Below are positions 24,901-36,660 of a stretch of DNA of 64,000 nucleotides, one piece after another. The DNA is taken from contig MU058636.1 in the NCBI GenBank assembly GCA_013265495.1, positions 1,922,001-1,986,000 on the forward strand, given 5' to 3'. The DNA is from Vicugna vicugna (lineage: Eukaryota). The translations under genes and the position numbers were made by a program. The notes under the pieces were generated by a model. The model had not been told where the DNA came from and did no database searches. It saw only the letters and a program-made list of their open reading frames with translations. Numbering within the stretch: the stretch's first letter is position 1; the number at the start of each line of letters is the position of its first letter.

Positions 24901-27299
24901 TTATTTTCTTAGGATGTATTTGAACTTTAGTTCAATAGTTCAAAGGTGATGTACATTTTAAAGGCCTTTGAAACAACCTTGCCAACTTGCTCTGAGAAGG
25001 CAGGGTTGAGGGGTGGGTGAGGTTGTATCATCAGTGATGTATTAAAGTGCCCGTTTGCTTTTTTCTCCCTCATGTTATTTTAGGTTTCATTTTGTTAGCA
25101 CTGCTCCATATTTCCAGATGATGGAGATTGACAAATCCTAACCTGTCATTTATCACATTATCTATCCTCCCTGTTTTTGCAACACATTGCAGATCTGCTA
25201 AATATGCTATATATTTCTTCATCTAGGCAGTAGATAACATTTTTTTTCCCCTAAAAATAGGTTAAGGACAGTCTAAAGGAGGACAGTAAAGAGCACGCTG
25301 ACAAGTATCAATTCATCAATACTCTGGATATTGTTTAAGGAGAGGCAAAGCCAGCTTTATTAACATTTTGATTATGACTAATCAGAATACTAAAGTCACT
25401 TAATCATGGAATCTGAGCCTACTTTTCTCCATCTTCTTCACAAGGATTTAATAGAACTCTTGTCAAACGTGGTACTCAGTGTGGTACTGAGGAATGATTT
25501 ACTTTATCTTTGGCATTTCTCTCATGATTGCACTAACTCATGAGGACAAAGGCTGTATCTCACACACTTCTGTGTATCAGGGCCCAGCGCAAAACTTGCT
25601 CAGTACACAGTACACAGTAGATTCTTGATAAAGGTTTGAATGATATGCTTAATTTGGCATGAATTTAATGAATCTCTGTTGTCTCAGCACAGAACCACTT
25701 TCCTTTCCAAGCTATCGATAGACATATATGCTCATGTAGAAATGGTAAAATGTGTAATGGGAAGAGCACATGTTTTGTAATCAGAAGGTCTGAGTTTAAG
25801 CCTTGGCTTTGCAATTTACAAGCTGGTAACTCCAGGCCTGGGTTTGTTCATCTACAAATTGGTGATAACCCATCTTCCTTACTTTCCTTATGAGTTTCTT
25901 AAGAGAATCAATTTTTTCTTTTTAAAGGGAAATCTGATGTCATTTCTTGACTTTTTAAAACCCTGTGATAACTTTCTATTGCCCTCAAGAAAAAGTCTAA
26001 TCATTTAACATGCCTTTCAAGGACTTCTGTGTTATGGTCCCTGCTCAATTCTCCACTATCACCAATCTAACAATCTAAGCTCTTTTTCACCTCGAAGCCT
26101 TTTGCACAAGCTGTTTGCTTTGCCGGGAAGGCCCCTTCCTGCACTCACACGTTAACTACTAGTAGCAGCAATACTATTACTAGCTACAACCTACTGAATA
26201 TTTACTAAGCATGGGGCAGTTCATATACATTATTAGTTTCTATTTTATGAAACAGGTATTATTCTTACCTGGCTTAAGGATTAGGCACAGAGAAGTGAAG
26301 CAACTTACCCAGAGTAACACAGCTATTAAGCATAGGCACTGGGTTGCAAAACTCAGATCTGTGTGAATTCAAAGCAGATGGTCTCAACTCTTTGCTATTA
26401 AAGTATCAACTTCCTCCAGGAAGTCTAGCATCTTTAATATCCTCTAGTGGTTAATGTCATAAGGTTAGCACCTAAGACACTGGTTTGTAATCACCTGTGA
26501 ATCTTGTGCCTCTCCAACCAGAGTATAAACAAGCCATCTGAACTCAGACAAGACTGCACCTTGTTTACTTCTGCTTCCCCAGCTCCCAGCTCAGTTCCTG
26601 GTACACGTAATGGGCATTAATAAATATCTGTTGAATACATACACATGTGAACATGTTTTTAAACAGAGACATAAGACAGTTACTACTATTTTTAATTTGG
26701 CTAAGGAACATCACCATGCTTACCCGTTTTTGGTCTATGGACTCCACTTTCCCCCTTTCTGTAGCATGGCACCCCTGCTTACATCCGTTCTCCTGCGACC
26801 TCTACTGTTTGCCACAACTCCCCAAATACTGCCAGCAAACATCCCCCTTCCAACTGCCTTTTTAGACAACCCTTCACAGAGGAAACTAAAATGTTAAAGT
26901 TATTTTCCCTTCATAGCAATTCTTTAAAATCCCTGAAAATTTAAAATTGCCTTTTTAAATATGGCAGAGCAGAACATCAGAGACCACTGAGGCATAAACT
27001 ACACTTTAAAAATGAATTCCTAATCACGACGGAGCTGATTGGAGAAGAGAAACCAACCGCAGTTACCAATGAACCTTCTGCCGCTGTCAAGGCAGCCTTG
27101 TTCCCAGGTGGCATCTTACTTTTTCACAATATTTTACTGCAGGCTTTCAATAATATAAATAGAGAAAACAGGTGCTGCACTCAGCTGGGGGTTTGACTAA
27201 ATCAACCTTCTTCGGTTCGATTTTTGGATGAAAGGCCCAGAAGTTAACTCAATCAGTCCTGTAGTTCTCAGCACCCTCAACGGGAAGGAAAAAGAGGGT

Positions 27300-28850
27300 G
27301 GTGAAAAAATGAGGGCGCGGAAGTGTGGCGAACAGACGAAGCTCTTCTTCCGACAGAGCAAGGGCTTGGCTCCGTCCCCAGGTGCGGGCCGTCAAAATGA
27401 CCGCTCACATTGTTAATTTTGACTTTTCAATTAAAAAAAAATGACGTCTGGCTTTCTAAGTAAGAGGATAGACAAAAACGGAAGGCATTCGTCTCGTGAG
27501 AATTTGGCCAGGCGGCTCGGCGGACCTCCCGTCCAACCGCCGCCGGCTCGCGGATGCCCCGGGGGCCCGACGCCCGGCGAGGCTTCCCTGCCGCTCTCGC
27601 TACCCACAAGCCCCCGCGCCTCGCCGCGCAGGCGCAGCAGCGACGGCCGTCTCAGGAAGAGGAAAATGGAATAAACAACTCGGAGGAACCAGAGCGCGAG
27701 AGAGCGAGTGGAGGCAGAATTTAAAAATAAACCGGCCCCTCTGCCCTCCCCGCCCGTCCGCCGCCGCCGCTGCCCCTCCCCTGGCCCGCGCCCTCGGCCT
27801 CCCCGTCTGGGCCCGCGCGCCCACCCCGTCGTCCCGCGCGGAGCGTCCTCCTCCCCTCCCCGGTCTATGGTGGCGGCGGCGGCGGCGACTCCTCGGGCGG
27901 CAGCGGAAGACGAGGCTGCGGCGTTGCCATGAACAGTGGCGGCGGCCTCCCGCCCCCCTCGGCCGCCGCCTCCTCTTCCTCCCCCTCGCTGGCGGCGGCA
28001 GTGGCGGTGGTGGCCCCGCCGGGGGTCGGGGGTGTCCCCGGCGGGGCGGCGGCGGGAGTGAAGCTGAAGTACTGCCGCTACTACGCGAAGGATAAGACTT
28101 GCTTCTACGGGGAGGAGTGTCAGTTCCTGCATGAGGACCCGGCCGCCGGGGCTGCCCCGGGCCTCGGCCTCCATAGCAACAGCGTCCCCCTGGCTCTGGC
28201 GGGCGCGCCCGTGGCCGGCTTTCCGCCCGGAGCGGTCCCGGGAGGGGGAGCCGGGCCGCCGCCAGGGCCCAAGAAGCCGGACCTGGGGGGCCCGGGGGCC
28301 GGAGCCGCGGCCGGCGGAGGAGGTGGCAGCGGCGTCCTCGATGGACCGCGGTTGGCAAGTGAGTGTGGTCGGGGCGGGAGGGCGGCCTCGGCCTTGGGGC
28401 GGCGGCGGAGGGAAGGCCTGGGGCCGGAGGGGGGCCGGATGAGGCCCTGCGGGCGAGCCCGGCTCGCGGGTCTCCGCCTTCGCCTCCCTGGGCGGTCTGG
28501 GAGGCCTAGGCCCGGCCTGAGCCCTCCGTCCTTCTTCCCGCTTCCCCTCCCCACAGCCGTCGGCGAGCCCGGGAGCGAGGGGAGGCCGGCTTCCCGGGAA
28601 CGTGGGTGGTGGACTGGGGTGATGGGAGTGGGGGCGGGGAGGAAGGGGGATGGGCTGTGGCGTGCGGGGTGTGGGAAAGGGGGTGTCGTTTCCGGGGGGT
28701 GTGGAAAGGGGCTGGGTTTGCAGGCACATGTGTCTTGCGTGCCCGTGTGGAGTGCAGTCGGCCGAGCGCGGAGGTTCCCTAGTGGGTGTGTGTGGGTAGG
28801 GGCGGGAGGTGAGGGCGGGCTCTAGGCTTCCTGGAGTAGGTCGAACGAAC
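27300..28850. promoter_or_regulatory. PAN3: CpG island / PAN3 promoter
   Basis: Dense CpG block; ETS CGGAAGTG at ~27318, CRE-like TGACGTC at ~27442, CCAAT boxes just upstream (CTGATTGG ~27035, ACCAAT ~27065). Confidence 0.9.
27929..28358 (+). CDS. PAN3: PAN3 exon 1 coding part (430 nt) with CCCH zinc finger
   Basis: GCC-ATG start, MNSGGGLPPPSAAA...KLKYCRYYAKDKTCFYGEECQFLHED (C-x8-C-x5-C-x3-H, 28073-28132)...DGPRLA; phase-1 donor A|GTGAGT at 28359. Confidence 0.97.
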
Positions 28851-30321
28851 GGAAAAAGTTTGTGGAAAGCTGCTGGGACAGAGGTTTTCCAGGCAGGAAA
28901 TGCTTTCTAAGGATTAGGAGTGAAGGGACAGCAGCTTTTGCAGTATGCTTGAGTTTAGTCGAGAGTTGAGAGTAGGAATTTCACAAGACTTGCATTTCAA
29001 TATAGTTTTCCCAAAAGCTGGAAGAAGTTTGCGGGGTGTCAGTCAGGATCTTGTCTTCCACTGCTTTGTATCAAGCGAACGGTTAGCCTGGAGCCTTGAG
29101 AGCCACCAGGGATGTGCGACTGAGCCCTTGAGTTCGGATGTCTTAGGAGTGTATTTTTCACTCTTTCCCTTGTTATTATCTATTGACTTGCAACTTTTTA
29201 GTTGTTCGTGGGTGGCGTTTGCAATTATAGTTAAGTGTAAGTGTGATCTAGTTTACAGAATGTTGCCCTGAAGGAAAGAGCAGAGCAAGTGTCAAATTTT
29301 TTCCTTTTTTGTTTCTGATGTATTGAGCATTTCTAAACCAAATGGGAAAGTCCTGCTTTCTTGGGAATTCTGGACAGTTTTTAGATCTTAAAATAATTTG
29401 ATAGGCAGCTGAACTTGGACGTCAGAACGTTTTTGTCTTTTTTGTTTTTTAAACTGTAAGCTTGGCTTGATGCTTTAGCACTTAATTTGCTCAATGAAGA
29501 GATTTGTGTTTTTTTGAAAAAAGACTGTGTCTGTTTCTTTTTGCTGTGGTGAGCTGGATTTTAGTGCGGTATATTTCCTGAGGGTGATACGCTAAGAAGA
29601 TTAATTTGTAACTTAAAATGTTCTGTAAAAATGGTTATCTTGTTTGTGGAATGTTATCACTTTTGAGCAGCAACTTTGCATTTTCAAGGTAAACTTGCTG
29701 AGTATATTGAGTTGTGGCTCAAATTAATGCAAGAGTAATGTTTGATTAGTAAGCAATTAAACTGAACAGTAGTTTTGTTACCTACAGGAGGAAGCACTTT
29801 CAGAAATGCTGGGATTTGATTTATTACATGATATTTCTAGAATTTTCTAATCACAGAGGTAGTAGATTTGGGACATGAAAGATAGGACAGGTGAAAATGG
29901 GAGGTGGAGGAGAAATACTAGCGCTGGCTTGAAGGTGGGGGATCCTTCATATATCTCAGAAAAGGGAAATAATTGTCTGGGATGTAGGGTCTTGAGAGGA
30001 CTGGCAGGAGTGATAAGAGGCATTTTAAAATTAACATTTAGTCATTTAACAGTTATTTCATTAGGTAACTGCATTATGTAGTTGGATTCTGTCGGGCTTA
30101 AATGAAGCCTAAGTCTCTTTTCTACTGTAGGCTTCTTGGTAACTCAGTGGTACAGGTTGTGACTCCTTAAGAATGAGATAAAATTGCCTCATATCACGAA
30201 TGGCAAGTCAATTTGTTCAGGAATCAGGGAAGTGGATTGTGTTGGTGCTTTGAATTTTTATACTTTAATTTTTAGTCTACTTTCTACATTTTATGGTATT
30301 CTTATCTTTTGAGACAGACTT

Positions 30322-30410
30322 TTTTTTTTTAATAGAGGTACTAGGGGTTGAACCCAGGACCTCGTGCATGCTAAGCATGTGCTCTGCCACTGAGCTCTAC
30401 CCACCTCCCC
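30322..30410 (-). mobile_element. Vic-1-like SINE with TSD
   Basis: GAGGTACTAGGGGTTGAACCCAGGACCTCGTGCATGCTAAGCATG...CCACTGAGCT; exact TSD TTTTGAGACAGACTT at 30307-30321 and 30411-30425. Confidence 0.9.
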
Positions 30411-30714
30411 TTTTGAGACAGACTTGATTTGTTAATTAAGCGTATAAGGCAATTAAAATAGACAACACACTCTAAGAGGTGTTCCTGTTAGGAGATATTT
30501 GAATTTTGTTAGCTGCTGACCTGATCATGTAGCGTCACTGAGACAGTTTTATTTTGCTTTTACTTATTTCTTTGCTCTTCTTTAAAGTAAAAATGTACAA
30601 TATTTCCTTAGCTGAGAGGTCATAAACAGATCTACTTTGGTAAGCGGGCTCTACCTGCAGAAATATTTTGCTTGGGCTCCTTGGGTATCTTCTAGGTGTG
30701 TGTATGTGTTTTAA

Positions 30715-31450
30715 AAGTTTTTATTTGAAGCACACGTACCCAAGAAAAAGTATACCAATCCTCAGTTCTTGGAATTTTCACCAGATGAACACCTACTTAG
30801 AATAGGACACAGATCAAGAACTAGAACATGATCGGTTCCCACTGACACCCTGCTCTTGCCCCTCCCAGTCACCACCCTTTCCCAAAGGTAACTACTGATT
30901 GCAGACACCACATTCTAACGTTGTGCATTCATTGTTCACTTTTTCGAGCTTTATAGGAATGGAATCAGATAGTGTGCCCTCTTTTTGTGGGCTGCTTTCT
31001 TTCAGCATATTTGTAAGATCTATTCATGTTATGTAGGAGCAGCCTCCTTAGTCTCATTCCTCTGTAGTGTTACATGATATGAATGTACCACATTTTACTT
31101 TCTCATTTTACTGTTAGTGGGCAATGGAATGTTGCCAGTTTTGTCTATTAAGGAGAGCACTGTTTGAAACATTCTTGAACATGTTTTTTGGTTCAAGTCT
31201 ACGAATTTCTGTTGGATCACGTGGGAGTGGAATTGCAGGCTTGTACTGGGGCATGTGTATATTCAGCTTTGGTAGATGACGCCCGACAGTTTTCTGAAGT
31301 GACTGTGTCACGTTTGCTTTCCCTCCAGCAGCGTATGAGAGTTCCAGTTGCTTCACATTCTCCCCAACACTTCATATTAGCCATCTTATAATTTTAGCCA
31401 TTTTGGTGGCCATAATGTATGGTATAATTTTGTGTTTTTAATTTGCATGT
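30715..31450 (-). mobile_element. Old L1M 3' fragment, antisense
   Basis: CCCCTCCCAGTCACCACC, AATGGAATCAGATAGTGTG, ATGAGAGTTCCAGTTGCTTCACATTCTCCCCAACACTT. Confidence 0.8.
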
Positions 31451-33204
31451 GTGTGGGTTGTAATTTAATTAGTTGACAACATATAAAACACCAGGAGGTT
31501 TAATATAGAAATGTGGATTTCTGGCTTCCTTTGAAGGGCAGCTCTTATTGAAATTAGGACTGTTGATGGGGCGAGACTCCATATTTCCTCCTTACTGACT
31601 GGGTGACTTTTATATGCCTGGCTCCTCTTGGTAGTTGAGTTTTTGACCCTTGTTTTAGTAATTCACATTTGAGGAATTGTTTTGTTAGTGTTTCAGATTG
31701 TGTGTGAAAACTTTAGAGGTAAATGCAAGAGAAAATTTTATACTTATTTTGCAAATATTGGAAAACTGAAGCACAAAGGCTTTTTTTCTTCTTAGTATAG
31801 TTTGTTGCAATGATGTTTCAATCTCGTAAAGGAACTATACTTTCTTTGTTACTTATTTATTGTCTATACAGAGTATTATGTTTTCTTACTTCCAGCTCTT
31901 CTGTTGACCTGGCAATGTAGTAAACATCTTCTGGCATTCAGGATTGTTGTTTGGAAAATAAGTTTGTTTATTTATTTTTAAAAGCATTTACTTTAAGTCT
32001 TTGACATTTCATATTTCTGTTGGACTTGGTATCTTTTAAGGCTTAAATGTGGTTTGATTTAGGTTCAGCTGAATTATTTATTCTTTACATTTTAATGATG
32101 TAATTTTCATATTTTCAACTAGCTAGACTTTTCATCTTCAAGTTCATTTTTTAGCAGCTAAGGTATTATGCCAACATTTGTATTTTATGTGCTTATTTTA
32201 TTTGAAACTCAGTAGATTTCTTTTATGAAAACAGACATTTTTAGTTCCACTGATTTAGTTAGTAATGAAGGCTTTGCCGTAAGACATACTTAAAAGGGGC
32301 TTGGTTCTCTTATTTGCTAGTTTTGTGATCTTGGGCAAATTTTTAATTTTCAGGCCTCGGTTTTTCTCATTTAAAAAAATGGAGTTAGTCGTAGCGCCTG
32401 TTTCAGAGAGGGGATCGGGTTGCACGTGTCCCTCCGAGCACTGCCTGGCACGTAGTGAGGCTTCAGTCTTGGCTGCTGCTCTTACTGAATATTTCCTACT
32501 AATAAGCCTACGACTTACCTGTGCCTTTCCTTACCTCAGAGTTTTTGAGAATATTTTCAAGACTAGTAAAATAGCTACAGATGATTGAACTGTGGTTGTC
32601 TGCCCAAATGGAAGAAAGCAGGGGATAACTTGAAGTTCATGTACAAACTCTGGAATGTATGATAAGGAATATGGCAAAACTGTTTTTGTTTAAGCAGGAT
32701 TACGCTTGTCATCCCACAACCCTGAATCAGCTGACAGAGAAGCAAGTACTGGGAACTTGGCAGGAGGAGAGCTGGTGTAGGTTTAAACATTTTTATTTGA
32801 CGGTAGCGTGGATAACTAACACTTATAACACCATTCCTTTCACTCTTTTAACATTGTGCTTTCAGAGTGGCAAACTTTGATCTAGGTGATAGGAACACAA
32901 CATTGAATGAAACAGAATTCTGCCCTCATCCCTCATGGAGATTGTATTCTAGTGGGGAATACAAATGCGTGCATAAGTATTAGATCTTGAGAAGTTTTAG
33001 GAGGAAAGCTTGAAGCTTTCTCAGAAATGCTCAAAAAGGGCTGTACTAACATAAGTCTCAGTAAGAATCAGTTAACGAGTAAAACTCTTCTTTCCATGAA
33101 AGTAACAGTTGAAATGACCCTGTGAGAAGAGAAATGGTTGCCAAAACGTCTTCCCGTTTTTACCCTTTTATAGAATTTTTCTTTTCTTTCTTTCTGTTTT
33201 TTTT

Positions 33205-33700
33205 TTTAAACTAACTTTCTATTTTAAGGTAACTGTAGAGCCCCATGCAGTTGTAAGAAACAACACAGGAAGAGCTTGTCCTATTACTGTGTTCCCCCAG
33301 TGGTAACACCTTTCCTAACTGTAGTGCAGTATCACAACCACGCTGATTGACAGGCCACTTACCTTGTTCAGATTTCCCAAGTCTCATTTGTACTGGTGTG
33401 CATACGTGTGCATATTCAGTTCTATAGAGTTTTATTGTGTGTTTGTGTGCCTGCCAACAACCAAAACATAGAGCAGCTCTGTCACCCGCAAGTGGCCCTT
33501 TTGTAACCCTCCCTCTCAATCTGTGCCAACCACTAATTTGCTCTCCATTTCTATAATTTTGTCATTTCAAGAATGTTCTATAAATGGAGTTACGTAGCAT
33601 GTGATCTTTTGGAATTAGTTTTTTTTTTTTCTCAGCATAATTCCCTTGAGTTTCAGGCAAGTTCTGTGTATCAAGAGTCCGTTTTTCTTGCTGAATTTTT
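33205..33700 (-). mobile_element. L1MC/MB-like 3' end, antisense
   Basis: CATGCAGTTGTAAGAAACAACACAG...CAACCACTAATTTGCTCTCCATTTCTATAATTTTGTCATTTCAAGAATGTT. Confidence 0.8.
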
Positions 33701-35369
33701 CTTTTTTTTAACATGGAAAATTTATATCTATCTTTATTTTGGAACAGCTTTTTTTGGTTTGCTTTCCTCTAGGCATATCTACTTTTGTATATAAAACTAT
33801 GAACATTTACAGTACTTAGAAATATTTTAAAAATCTATTTTAGTGTTGAATTTCATTTACTTAATTTAGCTTTTAAGCTATTAAAGTCAAACATTGTAAC
33901 ATTTTCATTGAAACAGCAGTAAAATTTAAAATAAACCAACCTCATCTTATTGCCTGGGGTTAATCATTATTAATAGTTTTTGTGTGTGTAGCCTTAATTA
34001 TTCCCTAAGGGCCTCATCTCCAAATGCAGTCACATTGGGGGTTAGGACTTCAATATGTGAATTTTGGGAGGAAACATTTCAGTCCATAGCATGTGCTTGC
34101 ATAGACACAGTCAAGTTTTGTAGCAAGTTTCTTACACTTATTTTTCCTTATTAACTTACTTTATATTCTGTTTATCAAGTAGTTTTTAGGCCAAAGCTAT
34201 ATAAAGGAATATGATAAAATATTTGTTTTATATATTGTTACATAGTTGTTAGCAAATCAATACCTAGAGTATTGGTGTCTCCTTTCAGTATATAGGAATT
34301 ACTCCTGGACTGGGGGTCCTGAGGTTTTGATTTTAGTACTCTCTCTTACAAAATAACTTTGTGATCTTAGGCTAGTAGTTTAGTCCATGTGGAAATGTAT
34401 TTATTTGTCTGTAAAACAGGAGAATGGGATGTGGTACATGATGTCTAAAATTCCTTCAGCTCTAAAATGTTTCTCTGCTTCTAAATGTTTATGTTCTAGA
34501 AAACAAATTATTTTATGTTCAATCTTTGGAATTCATCCTCCTCCCTTCCCAACAACTTTTAAAAATATTGACCTCTCAGCAGCTTAACTTTAGGGCAGAG
34601 CATGCTGATCTCACCTTGGCTGAGTTAATTGGCATGTAGATAACACTCTTCTAAGAAATAAAACCTCTCCCTTTTTTGATGTCTTTTTTTGGTATCTCTT
34701 GCTTTTCCTTTAAAAAATAAAAAATATTATTCCTATTTTTCTCAAGCTAGTTTTTAATTATATTTTTAATATTTAAAATTCGAGCTTTAGAAAAATAGGA
34801 ACAGTATCTTGTTTTTGGAATTGAAAATGTACTACATGCACTGGTTAAAAATTTAAATAGCACAAAAGGGTACACAGTGAAAAATAGTCTCCCTCCTTCC
34901 TTGGTTCCCAGATCCTTCTCCAAAAGACAGTTATTCTTTCCAATTTATGATGTATCTATTCAGAAATATTCTTTGTACCATCACTGTGTTTGTATTTCCT
35001 ATCTCTTGCACATACCAACACATGTATACATGTGTGGGCACACATGGAAGCCTAATGCTCTTTGAATGTTCTCACTGAATTGCATATCTTGTAGTTTGTT
35101 CCACATCCACAGATAGAAATTTGCCTTATTCTTTTTAACAGCTGCATACTATTCCACTGTATAATTGTACTATTCTTTTTAGTGGATATTTAGATTGTTT
35201 ATAGTCTTTTGTTATTACCAATGATGGCACAAAGCTGTTATATCCTAATGTATTATGTATACTGATACATAAATTTATGCAAAATACGATATACACAAAT
35301 GGTAAGGAGCATACAGAATCTTCAGCAATCTGGTTCAAATTTGGTTCATTAAAAGAAAAAAAGAACTGT

Positions 35370-35745
35370 GTAGACAAGTACAGTATGATCTCACATACAT
35401 GTGGAATCTTAAAATAACCCAAGCTCTTAGATATTACAGAGAACAGATTGGAGGTTGCCAGAGGTGAGAGTAGGCGGGGTAGGTGAAGGTAGTCAAGAGG
35501 TACAAACTTCTAGTTCTAAGATAAAAGAGTCCTTGGAATATAATGTACAGCAATACTGTATGTTTGAAAGTTGCTAAGAGAGTGGATCTTTAAAGTTCCC
35601 ATCATGTGAAAAAAATAACTGTGTGGTGATGGATGTTAGCTAAACTTATTGTGGTAATCATTTTGCAATATAAACATGTATCAAGTCACATTTTACATCT
35701 AAGACTAATACAATGTTATATGTCAGTTATATCTTAATAAAAAAA
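35370..35745 (+). mobile_element. L1MA-like 3' end
   Basis: ATGATCTCACATACATGTGGAATCTTAAAA...GAGAACAGATTGGAGGTTGCCAGAGG...GGTACAAACTTCTAGTT...TATATCTTAATAAA. Confidence 0.85.
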
Positions 35746-36444
35746 CCTGTATTTTACACACAGTTAGCTGAAAATAAGATGTTTGAAATAGTCATCCATC
35801 TCAAGATTTTCCCCAGAAAGAAATTTTTCCCAGTGGCTCATATATCTAGAGATAGTTATGTGAATCACATCTTTTGCAACGTAATAAGCTAGTATTTGTA
35901 AATAAGTCTCTGGGAGAATTGCATTTGTGTATTTAATAAAAGACTAGTGTTACTACTTAATAGTCTTTCATTGTTCGTCTACATTCTTAGTATAGATACG
36001 TTAGACTGCCTTCAAAGATACTAGGTGGAGCTGGAAGAGCTGGCAAGGACTTTACATAGCATTTGGCTTCATTATTTCGCTTATTTGTTCATAAACTTAT
36101 TCTGTCTATTAATATTGCTATTCCTGAATCTGACTGTATCCTTTATTGAAAGGATGAGATCTGGGTGAAGAAAGACAAATGGAATGGGACCGTAAATTTA
36201 TGGTTCCTAGACTTCCTGGCAATATGTCGGCTATCTTGAGGGAGAGTCTTCTTGACAAAGACAGGACAGGCAATCTTACTCCTGTCCTCAAGGCTTGGAA
36301 GAATTATCAAGGCAGCTTTTTAAGTTAAAGTTTTAGCAAGGTCCTCTGACACATATTGTAAAAAAGATTTAAATGTGTACAAGTGATGTGCTTGAAAAAA
36401 GATTATGGCAAGCTCTCAACTATAATTTGGGCTAAAAGTGGGGA

Positions 36445-36660
36445 TTCGTTCATTCATTCATTCATTTATGTAACAGACATTTATTGAGCACTTACTCTGT
36501 GTCAGGTACTGTTTTAGATTCTTGGAATACATTAGTGAATCACATAAATAAAAGATCCTTTCCTTTGTGGTCCTTACATTTTAATGGGTAAAGTTGACAG
36601 TATTTATAAATACAGCTCCAGTAATTTTATAGTATGTTAAGAGATGACAGGTGCTATTTA
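36445..36660 (-). mobile_element. L2 3' end
   Basis: (TTCA)n tail followed by CATTTATTGAGCACTTACTCTGTGTCAGGTACTG. Confidence 0.75.

Noticed and set aside
27431..28825. 432, 252, 199 and 144 aa ORFs, and the tail of the 298-aa ORF
   Set aside because: CpG-island artefacts; PAN3 exon 1 ends at the 28358 donor and the remainder is intron.
32513..32522. Perfect minus-strand donor CAG|GTAAGT (also ~41305 and a near match ~53408)
   Set aside because: Isolated short matches are expected in 64 kb; no accompanying exon or promoter evidence, and one lies in a Tigger element.
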